64,000 nt of DNA from Opitutales bacterium. GTDB lineage: Bacteria > Verrucomicrobiota > Verrucomicrobiia > Opitutales > PNEW01. The notes under the pieces are model-generated. The model saw nothing but the letters and a program-made list of their open reading frames with translations. It had not been told where the DNA came from and did not search any database. This document shows, one piece after another, positions 9,899 through 19,883 of the stretch (position 1 is its first letter; each line of letters starts with the position of its first letter). The translations under genes and the position numbers were made by a program. The stretch is taken from NCBI GenBank assembly GCA_965197745.1, contig CBDANS010000007.1:1824001-1888000 (forward strand), written 5' to 3'.

Positions 9899-10570
9899 GT
9901 GTCTTATTCTAATAACCCCAGCAATAAACCTTTACGTTCTCTTTTCCCTTCGAAAGTGATTACGATAGAAAGTAAAATAAAAGATGTAGAAGGAAGTTTA
10001 TACCCTGAGGAAGCAAAGATTATCAAGAACGCAGGTGAAAAGCGTAAACAGGAATTTACCGCTGGGAGGATGTGCGCGCGCCTGGCCCTTGAGGAACTGG
10101 GATTCACGAATTTTCCTCTTCTCATTGGTCATGACCGTAATCCTCTCTGGCCTGAGGGGATTATAGGAAGTATTTCCCATACTGAACTCTATTGTGGTGT
10201 AGCTGTCGCGAAAAAAAAGGATTATCAGTCTATAGGTATTGATATGGAATTAACGGATAGACTGGGTAAACAATTATGGCCTCAGATTTTTACTCCAAGG
10301 GAGCAATCCTGGATTCAAAATAGCCCGGATCATGAGCATGTCAGTTGGGCATCGCTTTTCTTTAGTGCCAAAGAATGTTTCTACAAATATCAGTTCCCAT
10401 TGACGAACCAATGGGTGGGTTTTGAAGACGCTGAAATTAAAGTTGATGTTGAAGAAGGTAAATTCAATTTATTTTTACTCAAAGATATATCTTCTCTTGG
10501 TAATATTGGATCCTCATATGCCGGGTACTATCGATATTACGATGATCATATCATTACCGTAATCTACTAG
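9899..10570 (+). CDS. 4'-phosphopantetheinyl transferase (EntD-type)
   Basis: EFTAGR, PLWPEGIIGSISHT, IGIDME, FSAKECFYK. Confidence 0.92.
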   Translation: MSYSNNPSNKPLRSLFPSKVITIESKIKDVEGSLYPEEAKIIKNAGEKRKQEFTAGRMCARLALEELGFTNFPLLIGHDRNPLWPEGIIGSISHTELYCGVAVAKKKDYQSIGIDMELTDRLGKQLWPQIFTPREQSWIQNSPDHEHVSWASLFFSAKECFYKYQFPLTNQWVGFEDAEIKVDVEEGKFNLFLLKDISSLGNIGSSYAGYYRYYDDHIITVIY

Positions 10571-10683
10571 TGCGGGTTTTAATCTTTTCCTATTATCCAA
10601 AAGCAGAACAATTGTTATCCATTATTAAAAAGGCTTCCCTACATAATTAAGGGGCTATAAATAGATTAGACCCTGAATCGGTT

Positions 10684-11676
10684 TCACTCTATTAGGTGTT
10701 TATCTTTAAGCCATTGAAGTGTAGGAACTAGCGTTTCTTTTGCTGATCTAAAGTCCAACCCTAATTCTTGGCGTGCTTTAGAATTATCCATATACCAGTA
10801 AAGTAAGGCATATTCTAATGCTGCCGGATTAATGCCCAAAGGTAACCGAAGCCATTGGCTCAATAAGATTATAAATCGAATGAATATTGCAGGGAGGGTG
10901 ATAACGGGCTTGTTCTGTCCCAGTATTTCCAAGGTTAGTGTGGACAGTTCGTAAAAACTTAAATTATCACCACCAAGGATATAACGTTCACCTGATTTTC
11001 CATGATCATAGGCTGCTAAAATACCTTTTGCCACATCGTCAACATGGATGATGCTTGTCCCCCCCTTTGTCACAAATACCCGCTTACCTTTTGCAAATTC
11101 CACGAGTATTTCAGAAGTAATAAGTCCCGTATCGTCAGGTCCATAAACTTCAGTCGGATTTACAATTATGATCGGTAAGCCATCAGTCGCGTAATTCCGG
11201 CAAACTTTTTCCACTTCTGCTTTTGCGACAGCATAAGAGTACTTTTTCCCTTTTAAATTTAAATGAGCATTTTCATTTTGAATCCGTGGTACTTTTGTCC
11301 CCCCTATCGCCGAGGCACTACTGACATAGACTGTTTTTAAGTTACCCTGCTCCCTCGCCGCATCTAATAATTTACGGGATCCTTCAACAATGACTTCAGG
11401 AATCCGGGGTGAAGCAATATCTGCCCAATTGGATATTGCGGCCAAATGAATAACCCCATCACACCCCTTTATTCCTGCTGAGAGACAAGCTTGATCTCGG
11501 ATATCGCCGATAATGCGCTCAAACTTGAGATGATCAATTCGTTCCGTATTGCTGGACTTCCTTAACAGGCATCTTACTGAAAAACCATCAGCTATGAGCA
11601 GAGGCAATAAGTGAGATCCAATAAACCCATTCCCTCCAGTAACAAATATTTTTTCAGAATTCCTGTCCCTGCTCAC
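10684..11676 (-). CDS. NAD-dependent epimerase/dehydratase (extended SDR, HpnA/DFR-like)
   Basis: TGGNGFIG, HLAA, YAVAK, NPTEVYGP, GERYILGG. Confidence 0.88.
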   Translation of the reverse strand: MSRDRNSEKIFVTGGNGFIGSHLLPLLIADGFSVRCLLRKSSNTERIDHLKFERIIGDIRDQACLSAGIKGCDGVIHLAAISNWADIASPRIPEVIVEGSRKLLDAAREQGNLKTVYVSSASAIGGTKVPRIQNENAHLNLKGKKYSYAVAKAEVEKVCRNYATDGLPIIIVNPTEVYGPDDTGLITSEILVEFAKGKRVFVTKGGTSIIHVDDVAKGILAAYDHGKSGERYILGGDNLSFYELSTLTLEILGQNKPVITLPAIFIRFIILLSQWLRLPLGINPAALEYALLYWYMDNSKARQELGLDFRSAKETLVPTLQWLKDKHLIE

Positions 11677-11864
11677 TGTAGATTATCCACTATCAGGTTT
11701 TGCCAGCTACTGATTTAGGGCAATCCTGAATATAAATTTTAACTCTGTTTTAGAGTCAATCCTGATATCTCAAAGTATCAATTATGAAATAAATGCAGCC
11801 CTGTCTTTACAATGGACAGCACAATCAGGCAAAATTAAAGTAGATGTTCCTTCTCTTCTCGCCC

Positions 11865-13051
11865 TCAGGGCCCACAGGTGGCCTTAAGATAGACGGGGCC
11901 ACAATTAATGATCACGGGCTGACCACCAATTTCTATTTCGAAGAATACAACACCATTAAATTCCATACCTGCTTCAGTGGCTGGATTACATTGAGCGGCC
12001 ATCTGGAAAATAAATTGACTTCCAGGATTTAAAACTTGGGGAAGTTGAGTAAATATTCCCAATTGAAAATGGATACCTGGGTCAATATTTATCACGTTAA
12101 TGGCGGTAAGTTCTATGATGAAACTGCTCGTGTTCGTGAATGTTAATTCAGTCACCTCAAATCCCGTTGTCAGATTTCCATAATCAATAAACTCGGTACT
12201 AATTCCACAGTTAGCGGCCTTTTTACCCGCCTCTCCGGGAGGGCCCTGATCGCCCGTTGGACCAATTGGACCGGTAGGACCTGTTTGGTCCCCTGGGTCC
12301 AGTGATGCCTAATACCCTGTCCTCCTTGAGGGCCTGAGGGGCCTTGTAGACCTTCAGGTCCGGCGTCTCCGGTAACGCCAAGAGGTCCTTGAGGTCCAGG
12401 TAAACCTGTTGGTCCGGGAAAAAATCCAGGAGGACCCTGAATCCCTGTAGGACCGGTGGGACCTTGATTACCTGTGAGACCGCTCGGACCGGAGGGACCA
12501 CTGGCACCGGGCACTCCGGTAGGACCTGTCAGACCGGCTGGACCTGTAGGTCCTTCAGGTCCGGTCGGACCTGTGCCTCCCGATCCTCCACCACCAATGG
12601 ACAGATAAAAAATATCAAAGTAGGGATGGTTTCCCCGGTTATGATCATACTTATGCGAATTTTTTCTATTAACAGTGAGCAGGTAAGTTCCTGGAAAATC
12701 AATAATCACATCGGGCAATGCTGCCAGGAGTTCCTGGATAGGTTGATTTTTTTCTATCTCAGGGTCGGGGTCAAAAGCGAGAACATCAAGCACACAGATA
12801 CCCACCGTAGGAATGAAAAGAGTGACTCTGCCACTAAACTCATTGTCTCCAAAATGCACGCCTGATATGAGAACCGTTTTGTCATCCAAGTTGGGTTCGG
12901 CATCTAATATCCTGAGATGTTTATTCCCTTTGTCTTTTTTATCATCATTACCTCCCCCTTTTGCATGAGACAGCGATGGGGTGGATAGTAATAAAATTGC
13001 GGTTATTAAACTTAACAAGCGGTATTTAGATTTCATAGGCGTGCTCATCAT
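11865..13051 (-). CDS. Secreted collagen-like protein P1: signal peptide, shared N-domain, about 38 GXY triplets, ASH-like Ig domain; two apparent indels near 12285 and 12310
   Basis: ORFs 12170-13051 and 11865-12155 join through continuing GPT/GDQ/GPP triplets; C-terminus [11 protein letters not shown]; start may be ATG 13036. Confidence 0.75.
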
Positions 13052-13084
13052 CTAGTAGTAATAGGTAAAACTTGTAGTTACGCT

Positions 13085-13112
13085 GTCGTCCGCCCCAAAA
13101 AGGGTGGACGAC
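13085..13112 (-). terminator. GC-rich hairpin between P2 and P1, no U-tract
   Basis: GTCGTCCGCCC-N6-GGGTGGACGAC on the plus strand. Confidence 0.5.
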
Positions 13113-13136
13113 TAACGCTAATGAAAACTGAATGCA

Positions 13137-14103
13137 TCAATCATCACTGATGCAGATTGCAGTGAGAAATACAGGACCGCAATCAGCAGGACCAAAGTCA
13201 ACTTGGATAAAGACAAGCCCGTTAAATTGCAAACCGTCTTCTGTGAATGGATCACACAAAAAATCTATATCTATATTCAGTGTACCTCCTGCCAAGACCA
13301 AAAACAGGTGGAAACGGAAAGGAAGGCGGCGGTGGCGGTGGACTGCTTAAGGTATAATGGGGGCCCAGTATACCATCTGGACCAAAATTTAATATGGAAA
13401 TATCAGTAACCGTAAAGTCGGCCCCGCTGGTATTTGTTAAAATGATAGTTCCAGTGCCTCCAGCAGTTTCACCGTAATCGACTAACTGTGTATCGACGGT
13501 GCAACCGAATACGGCGTCAGCTCCGGTGGGACCAGTTGGACCGGTGGGACCTGATTCTCCGCCACCTTCACCGCCAGTACCAAAAGCTACATAAAAAATA
13601 TCGAATTTAGGCCGATTCCCGCGGTTATCATCCGTATCTTTCTTATCACTTTTGCCACCATTGTCTCCATCATCATCGTCATCACCATCACCAGAGCCCC
13701 GGTGATCAGATTTCTTTCCAATTACAGTGAGAAGGTATGTGCCCGGAAACTCCTCTATAAAATCAACAGGGATAGTCACAAGAAGCTCTTGTACCGGCTG
13801 ATTTTTTTCAATATCAGGATCGGGATCAAAGGCGATTATATCAAGTGGGCATACCCCTTGTGTGGGAATGTATAACTTTACCTTTCCCTTGAATTGATTG
13901 TTTTTTGAAAAATTAATTCCCGAGATGAGCAGCGTTCCGTCATCCAGATTAGGCTCAGCGCCTAATATTCGCAGGTGCTTTGCATCTTTCTTCTTGCTAT
14001 CTTTATCATCATCCTTCTTGCCGCCACCTTTCGCATTTATCAACAGTGGGTTGCACACAATTAATAACGCCAATAGAAAACCAGAGAGATAATTAATTTT
14101 CAT
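13137..14103 (-). CDS. Secreted paralog P2: signal peptide, shared N-domain, Asp-rich linker, about 4 GXY triplets, ASH-like domain; +1 frameshift at A5 13300-13304
   Basis: Removing one base gives ...FLCDPFTEDGLQFNGLVFIQVDFGPADCGPVFLTAICISDD*, homologous to the P1 C-terminus. Confidence 0.8.
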
Positions 14104-14329
14104 AAAACTCCTTCAGCATGTACATATAGTAGTATTATAGAATATGATACATGTGTATCATAAATGTCTGTTCTTGTAAATTATATACTAAAATGAAAAC
14201 TAATAAACTCGTCCTCGTTAAAATTGCGTCGCCAGGGACAGGGTGATTCATCTGAGCCAGTCACACCCTTTGCAAAAGGTGAAAAAACGGCTGCCCAGAA
14301 ATCGGGTTAATTGGCAATTGGATAGCCTC

Positions 14330-14365
14330 AAAAAAATCGTCGCCCGCTTTTAAGACGGACGACGA
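14330..14365 (-). terminator. Rho-independent terminator after P3
   Basis: TCGTCGTCCG/CGGGCGACGA stem followed by T7 on the minus strand. Confidence 0.7.
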
Positions 14366-14388
14366 CAGGGTTAATATTAAATATTTAA

Positions 14389-15209
14389 TCAATCACCGGG
14401 GAACCCTCCTGGAGGTCCTGGAGGTCCTGTCGGACCCGTTGGTCCAGTCGCACCATCAGCACCTGTTGGTCCAGTGGGCCCTGTTGCACCATCAGCGCCA
14501 GTAGGTCCAGTCGCTCCAGTGAGCCCAGAGGAACCTGTTGCTCCAGTGGCCCCAGTAGGTCCTATAGATCCTGCAGATCCAGTCGCGCCGGTAGGTCCAG
14601 TCGCACCCGTTACCCCCGTCGGTCCGGTCGCACCATCAGCGCCAGTTGGTCCAGCAGGTCCCGTTGATCCAATGTTTGCGTAAATAAAATCAAATTTTGG
14701 CCGATTTCCGCGATTATCGTCATGCTTATCACCATCATCGTCATCGCCATTATCGTCATTATCGTCATCATCACCGCCACCAGATCCTCCTCCTTGACTT
14801 CCACTACGATTACTTACTAGTAGTATATAAGTACCGGGAAACGTTTCAAATAAATCAGCGGGGATTTCTGCCAGAATTTCCTGGATGGGCTGATCTTTAT
14901 CGATGTCTGGTTGGGGATCATAAGCGATAACATCAAGGACGCATATTCCCTGCGTAGGAACGAAAAGTTTTACTGTTCCATTAAATTCATCACCCCGAAA
15001 TTAATCCCGGAAATGAGTAGGGTTCCATCATCGAGGTTGGGTTCAGCAGCGAATATACGGACGAAGTGACTTCCATTATCATTATTACCACCGCCACCAT
15101 CATCATCGTCATCATCACTATTGTTCCCGCCACCTTTAGCATATAAATGCAATGGGTTGCTAAGAATTAATAGCGTAGCAAATAAACCCAACAGATATTT
15201 AATCTTCAT
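14389..15209 (-). CDS. Secreted collagen-like paralog P3: signal peptide, shared N-domain, poly-Asp linker, about 30 uninterrupted GXY triplets; -1 frameshift at C4 14993-14996
   Basis: Adding one G on the coding strand gives [24 protein letters not shown]...RGNRPKFD...(GPT/GAT)n...GPPGGFPGD*; this C-terminal frame is absent from the ORF track. Confidence 0.8.
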
Positions 15210-15616
15210 AATCTCCCCTTTGATTTTGCACAGTAGTAGTTAAGAAACCAGTATCATAATTTTGTTGGATATAAGGGCAATCAACAAATTAGACCAGACC
15301 TTAATAATAAGGAATTCTTATAAAATAATCCTCAAGAAATTAAGGCACTAAATTGTTAATCAAATAAGTGAGTTCATTTAACAAATTATCTAAATATACG
15401 CCTTAAATGTAAAAATCATAAGGGTAGAATAAAACAATGTGAGTCGGCTACAGAAATCCGATAGCGCAACCAATATGCTGTCTATAAATCTATAGCCTGA
15501 GGTGTGCAAGCAGGTCACAATTCCTAGTGTAATTTTATAAGTTACAACAGAAACGATTGCAATGCTCGATATCGACATGCTGCCCCCCCTGTGCCTATTT
15601 AAGATTCCCTTAAACT

Positions 15617-16610
15617 TTATGGAAATAAATCTATATCGGGCGGGGGTGGTAAATCTGGAATTGAAATACATGTTCCAGAAAGTGTTACCGGACCGCAGGG
15701 AGCGGGTGCACTGTCAATTTCCACAAATACGCTTCCTGAAATTGGACCTTCTGCTAAACAACTGATTTGAACAACCACAAGTAACGATTCTCCAGCTGGA
15801 ACCGTGGCGGGAAGTGGATTTAAGATTGTTACCCTGGAGTATCCGACGTGATGTCCGAGACAATAAAATCAGCTGAACCTGCATTTGTCAGGGTCACAAA
15901 TTGAGCTACCGGCAATCCAACAAGGACAGAACCAAAATTTATCTCTAAATTATCTATATCACATGAAATGTCAGGTTCCGCTGACACGCACACAGGTCCG
16001 CTCACAGACACATACCCGGGACTGGGTCGATCAGGTTTTCTAATATCCTGATTACCCGCTTTCGTGGCAGCCAGGACACAACCGGTATCAATTACAAATT
16101 CTGGCTCAAGTACTGACTCATCGAGCGTTAAAGAAAAAATCTGGCATTCATTGTCACCCAAATTGAGGTTGTCAAATTTCAGCCCGACTACCTGAGTGGT
16201 AGGATCCGGAAATACAAGTTCCCAGGATTCTGAACCATCCCCGCAATCTCACATCCGGCAACAAGGTCGGCAAGCGTATTGCCCTCGGATAGACAATCGA
16301 GGAACTGGCCCAATCTTATGTCCCAATGGCTTAAGTCTTTAACTTCCGGCCCGACACCTAACTTGCATACCCTGTAAATAAAGGTAGCGGCATCATTTTC
16401 ACGCGTGACATCCAAGAGTTCTATACTGAATTGTCCATTCTCGGCATTCGCTGGATTGTCGTCGCATGTGCTTAAATCCAGGATATTTTCATTAGCAGGT
16501 GGAGTATTCTTATCAGAGGGTCCATTTCCCTTGCCGGGTTTGGCACTGACGACATTCATCAGCATCGATAGAACTATCGAAGCAATAACAGTTGAAATGA
16601 CATTTTTCAT
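15617..16610 (-). CDS. Secreted protein P4: signal peptide, Cys-containing N-domain (DLSHW, DPTT-x3-GLKFD), ASH/choice-of-anchor-D-like domain; -1 frameshifts at 16239-16242 and 15832-15834
   Basis: Three ORF pieces join with one added G at each junction; INFGSVLVG...VTLTNAGSADFIVSDI...LPATVPAGES...CGPVTLSGTC. Confidence 0.75.
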
Positions 16611-16720
16611 AACAGGTTTATCTTAAACAGGTGAAGAATTAATGAAGCTTAGATTCTTCTATTTAGTAATAGTGGTTTAGTTGTAGTAATTATCGAAATA
16701 TTCTTTTTAATTCAAAAATT

Positions 16721-16748
16721 ACTATAAGCAATATACCCTATAAGTCAA
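16721..16748 (-). promoter_or_regulatory. Putative sigma70 promoter for P4
   Basis: TTGACT-16 bp-TATAGT on the minus strand in an AT-rich region. Confidence 0.45.
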
Positions 16749-16943
16749 CGAGATATATATAATTCCCGGTAAAAAATAAGTAAAAAGCCCTATTTATTTT
16801 AATAATAATAAGAACCCCTTATCATTATTTATGACTTACCGGTACAGTAAATTGTTTCAGTTGACTGCAAAACGAGTGCCTGGGCTTAGCATTGAACCGG
16901 AAAATCATAGCAAATAATATAATGCTAATGACTATCTGTAAAT

Positions 16944-16987
16944 CGCCTTTCTCCAGTTCTGATCCTTGAAGCAGGAGGAGAAAGGTG
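16944..16987 (-). terminator. Hairpin downstream of the HD-domain gene
   Basis: CGCCTTTCTCC ... GGAGAAAGGTG inverted repeat 12 bp past the stop codon. Confidence 0.45.
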
Positions 16988-16999
16988 TCTTATCAGTGA

Positions 17000-17917
17000 T
17001 CACCCACCGAAATCAAATTCGAGTGGCTTCATCTCATAATACTGGTCCCACTTATCGAGGTACTCTGTCTCATATTGGATCGAGTTCACGTGTTCTATAG
17101 CTTTCTCCAAATAAGGATTTAAACCATCAGGATAAGGTTGGGCAAGAAATCGATACAGGCCGTGACAGTCATTTTCAAGTTTTGGGATGACAATCTTTTC
17201 CCAAAAGAAAGGGGTGCCTTTAAGAATATCCGCACTACTTTTAAAAATACGATCCTCCTCGGGAATATCTCGATAATCATCTGATTCCCCAAATTCACGA
17301 AAAAGTAAATTCAGCTTATTTTTATATTCGGGGTCACTAATCTGTCCCAGATAATCAGCGGTGCAAACAGCCTCCCCCATTATTCTCTCAACTTGATTAT
17401 TAAAGGGGACGGCATCGATGATGCTGCGCGGGCCGGTACAGCTTATGAGGTGTTGAACAACGAATATCTCAAAGCGATTCCAATCATTTTTGGTAAGATA
17501 TAATTCGGCAAGTTCACAGCTTCTCTGCTCGTGGACAAATGTATATTTAGCACCTGTTCCTTCGTTGTCTCCACCTTCTTTGAGGAAACCAATATCGTGG
17601 AGGATAATACCGTGAAGTCCGTTTTCAAAATCCCTTTCCGACAACATCGGTTCAATTTCATGAAGTTGTCGATTTGCCATGAGTCTTGTCCAACAGAGTG
17701 CGGCTTGTAAGGTGTGTTCCAAATTATGATAAGCGGCATCCATCTCCTGATATTCCCAGTAAGTGCCATTAAACATGCTATTAACGTCGGAAAAGAGTTG
17801 AGAAATCATTTCCGTATTCGCTTTGGGAAACACTTTTTTTTGTATCTCCTGAACCGCCTTTTCCACAACCAAGTAGTCTCTGGTGTCCACTTCATCCAGC
17901 GTGTAATTTAAACTCAT
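17000..17917 (-). CDS. HD-domain metal-dependent phosphohydrolase (paralog of 59178-60068)
   Basis: YHNLEHT, ILHDIG, HEQRS, TADYLGQ. Confidence 0.8.
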   Translation of the reverse strand: MSLNYTLDEVDTRDYLVVEKAVQEIQKKVFPKANTEMISQLFSDVNSMFNGTYWEYQEMDAAYHNLEHTLQAALCWTRLMANRQLHEIEPMLSERDFENGLHGIILHDIGFLKEGGDNEGTGAKYTFVHEQRSCELAELYLTKNDWNRFEIFVVQHLISCTGPRSIIDAVPFNNQVERIMGEAVCTADYLGQISDPEYKNKLNLLFREFGESDDYRDIPEEDRIFKSSADILKGTPFFWEKIVIPKLENDCHGLYRFLAQPYPDGLNPYLEKAIEHVNSIQYETEYLDKWDQYYEMKPLEFDFGG

Positions 17918-18104
17918 GATAAATTCGTCCTATCCTGTATAAATTAGTAATTAAATAATATTCCTCTTAAAATAATCCGGATAATCGGATCTATATTATC
18001 GTAAATAGTTATTAATATAAATGTGAAACAATAGCAATTTTTTTTACATTTAACTTCAACCGCTTTGTACAATTGTTACCTAACGGTGATAATAAAGGGT
18101 AAAT

Positions 18105-19723
18105 CTATTCGTTTCTCTCGGGGAGAGGAACCATTAAGGGGAGTATCCATCGAGCATGTCTGAACAACGGGTAGGACACCTTTGTCAGATCCGACTGCGG
18201 GTCAATTAATGGTTGAAACTCCCGGCCATTGAGAGAAGCAATTACACGTGCTCTTATTTCAACCTCTTCATACCCTTCATTTTTCATCTTCTGCTCAAGG
18301 AATTGGACAAATTGAATAACTAATCCGGGTCGAGAGGTCATTTTTTCGGTCTGTTTCGGTGTCAAATAATCTTGCGGATCAACAATCCACTGTTCCTTTG
18401 TTGTCGCATCAGTAATGATGAAAAATCCGGCTGACTCTTTATCACGCAATTTCATATGCCATGAATAATTATGGCCTTCCTCGGTCCAATGAACATTGCC
18501 TGAGATGATAAAATGACGCAAGGGAACCAAGATCTGGAGAAGCACCCAAGCGCCAAGCAAGATATACACAACCTTGCTCTCTGGAAAAAAACCAGGCTCA
18601 GATTCACTGATCGACAGTTTTTTTTCTTCTTCGGAGAATGCACTTGCATTAGTGGATGTTGATATAGATTTATTTTCATTCACTGACCGAAATGGTTCGT
18701 CCACGTGAAACGCGGCAATGGCCAGGCCCAACCCACCTACTATAGCTCGGATCGGTGAAAAACTGGTGGGAAGGAATCCGCCAATGAAAAATCCAAAAAC
18801 AAAACCTCCCGTTATTTTACACATGGAGACAAGATCAGCTTTGATTAGACTGCTAACGGCACGACGAGGCCAATCTGTGTCGAAAAATACAGCAGTCGTA
18901 ACGATCATTGTCCAGGGAAAGATACCAATACTGAAAAGCCGTGCATTCATAAAATGGAACAAAAGGGTAATGGCATAACCCAATACACGGGTCCGTCGGT
19001 GAATGAGCAGGAAGACGACTGATAAATCAATAAAAACAAGGCACTGTAAGCCATGAACAATACGAAAACCTCATTGGTAAAGAACTGGCCGAGAAAAGGA
19101 AAATCGGTCCGTGCGGCCAACCAGGCTCTTAAGGGTTCACCATACAACCAGTCCGAATTTAGCTTGGCGACACCGCCAAAGAAATATGGAACACCAACCT
19201 GGAAACGGAGGAGCCAAATCGACCAGGCAGGAATAAATCTCATTCGATGATTAGATTTTCGCAAGACGTCGAGTGAAAAAGAACGATTCGCCGGAACAAA
19301 TATCATGAGGAAAGCGATAAGACAGACGAGATAGAGATGATTGAGATATATCGCTTTCTCCAGTAAAAATATATAAGTGATCATTAAGAAAAAAAGGATG
19401 GCACATATTCGGTAGAACAATCCCAGGATAAGACAGAGGGCTATAATGCCCATCGCTACGATATGAATTTTCATGCCAAGACCCGGCCAGGGCTGAATAA
19501 ATTCAAACGGCCAATATTTAAAATAAAATACAGGGTTTGAAAAATAACGCCCGGTCCAGTCGTGTGCGATGAAACGCCACGCTTCCCAGAGCATGATCGA
19601 GTAGAAGCTGATTCGAATAAAAACGAGGCCGGCAATATCGACAGGGCTGAGAATGAAAGCGAAAATACTATGGAGTGGGTCGTGCTTTCCCCTATCCCTT
19701 TGTTCTCTATGAGGAGTTGTCAT
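18105..19723 (-). CDS. HTTM-domain, vitamin K-dependent gamma-carboxylase-like membrane protein; frameshift at A5 19032-19036
   Basis: YLNHLYL, YFFGGVAKLNSDW, FSIGIFPW, EEGHNYSWHMKL, SLNGR-x4-LIDP motifs across two overlapping ORFs. Confidence 0.88.
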
Positions 19724-19883
19724 CTTTGAAAAATTCCCAGCGGAGACTGATAAAAGGCTGTAACTATGTCCTTAAAATCAATTTAGATTCATTATTTAAT
19801 CGTTATGAATAAATAGAATAACTATTTTATCGGGAATAGATATAACTCTTTTTAATTATTTCTAAAAAGTAATTATAAACCCG

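Noticed and set aside
12200..14700. GGACC/GGTCC-rich 9-bp periodic repeats as a CRISPR array or VNTR
   Set aside because: They encode Gly-X-Y collagen triplets with synonymous variation; there is no repeat-spacer structure and no cas gene.
15390..15765. Short ORFs 15390-15671 (-) and 15562-15765 (+)
   Set aside because: They overlap the reconstructed P4 C-terminus and have no recognisable protein features.
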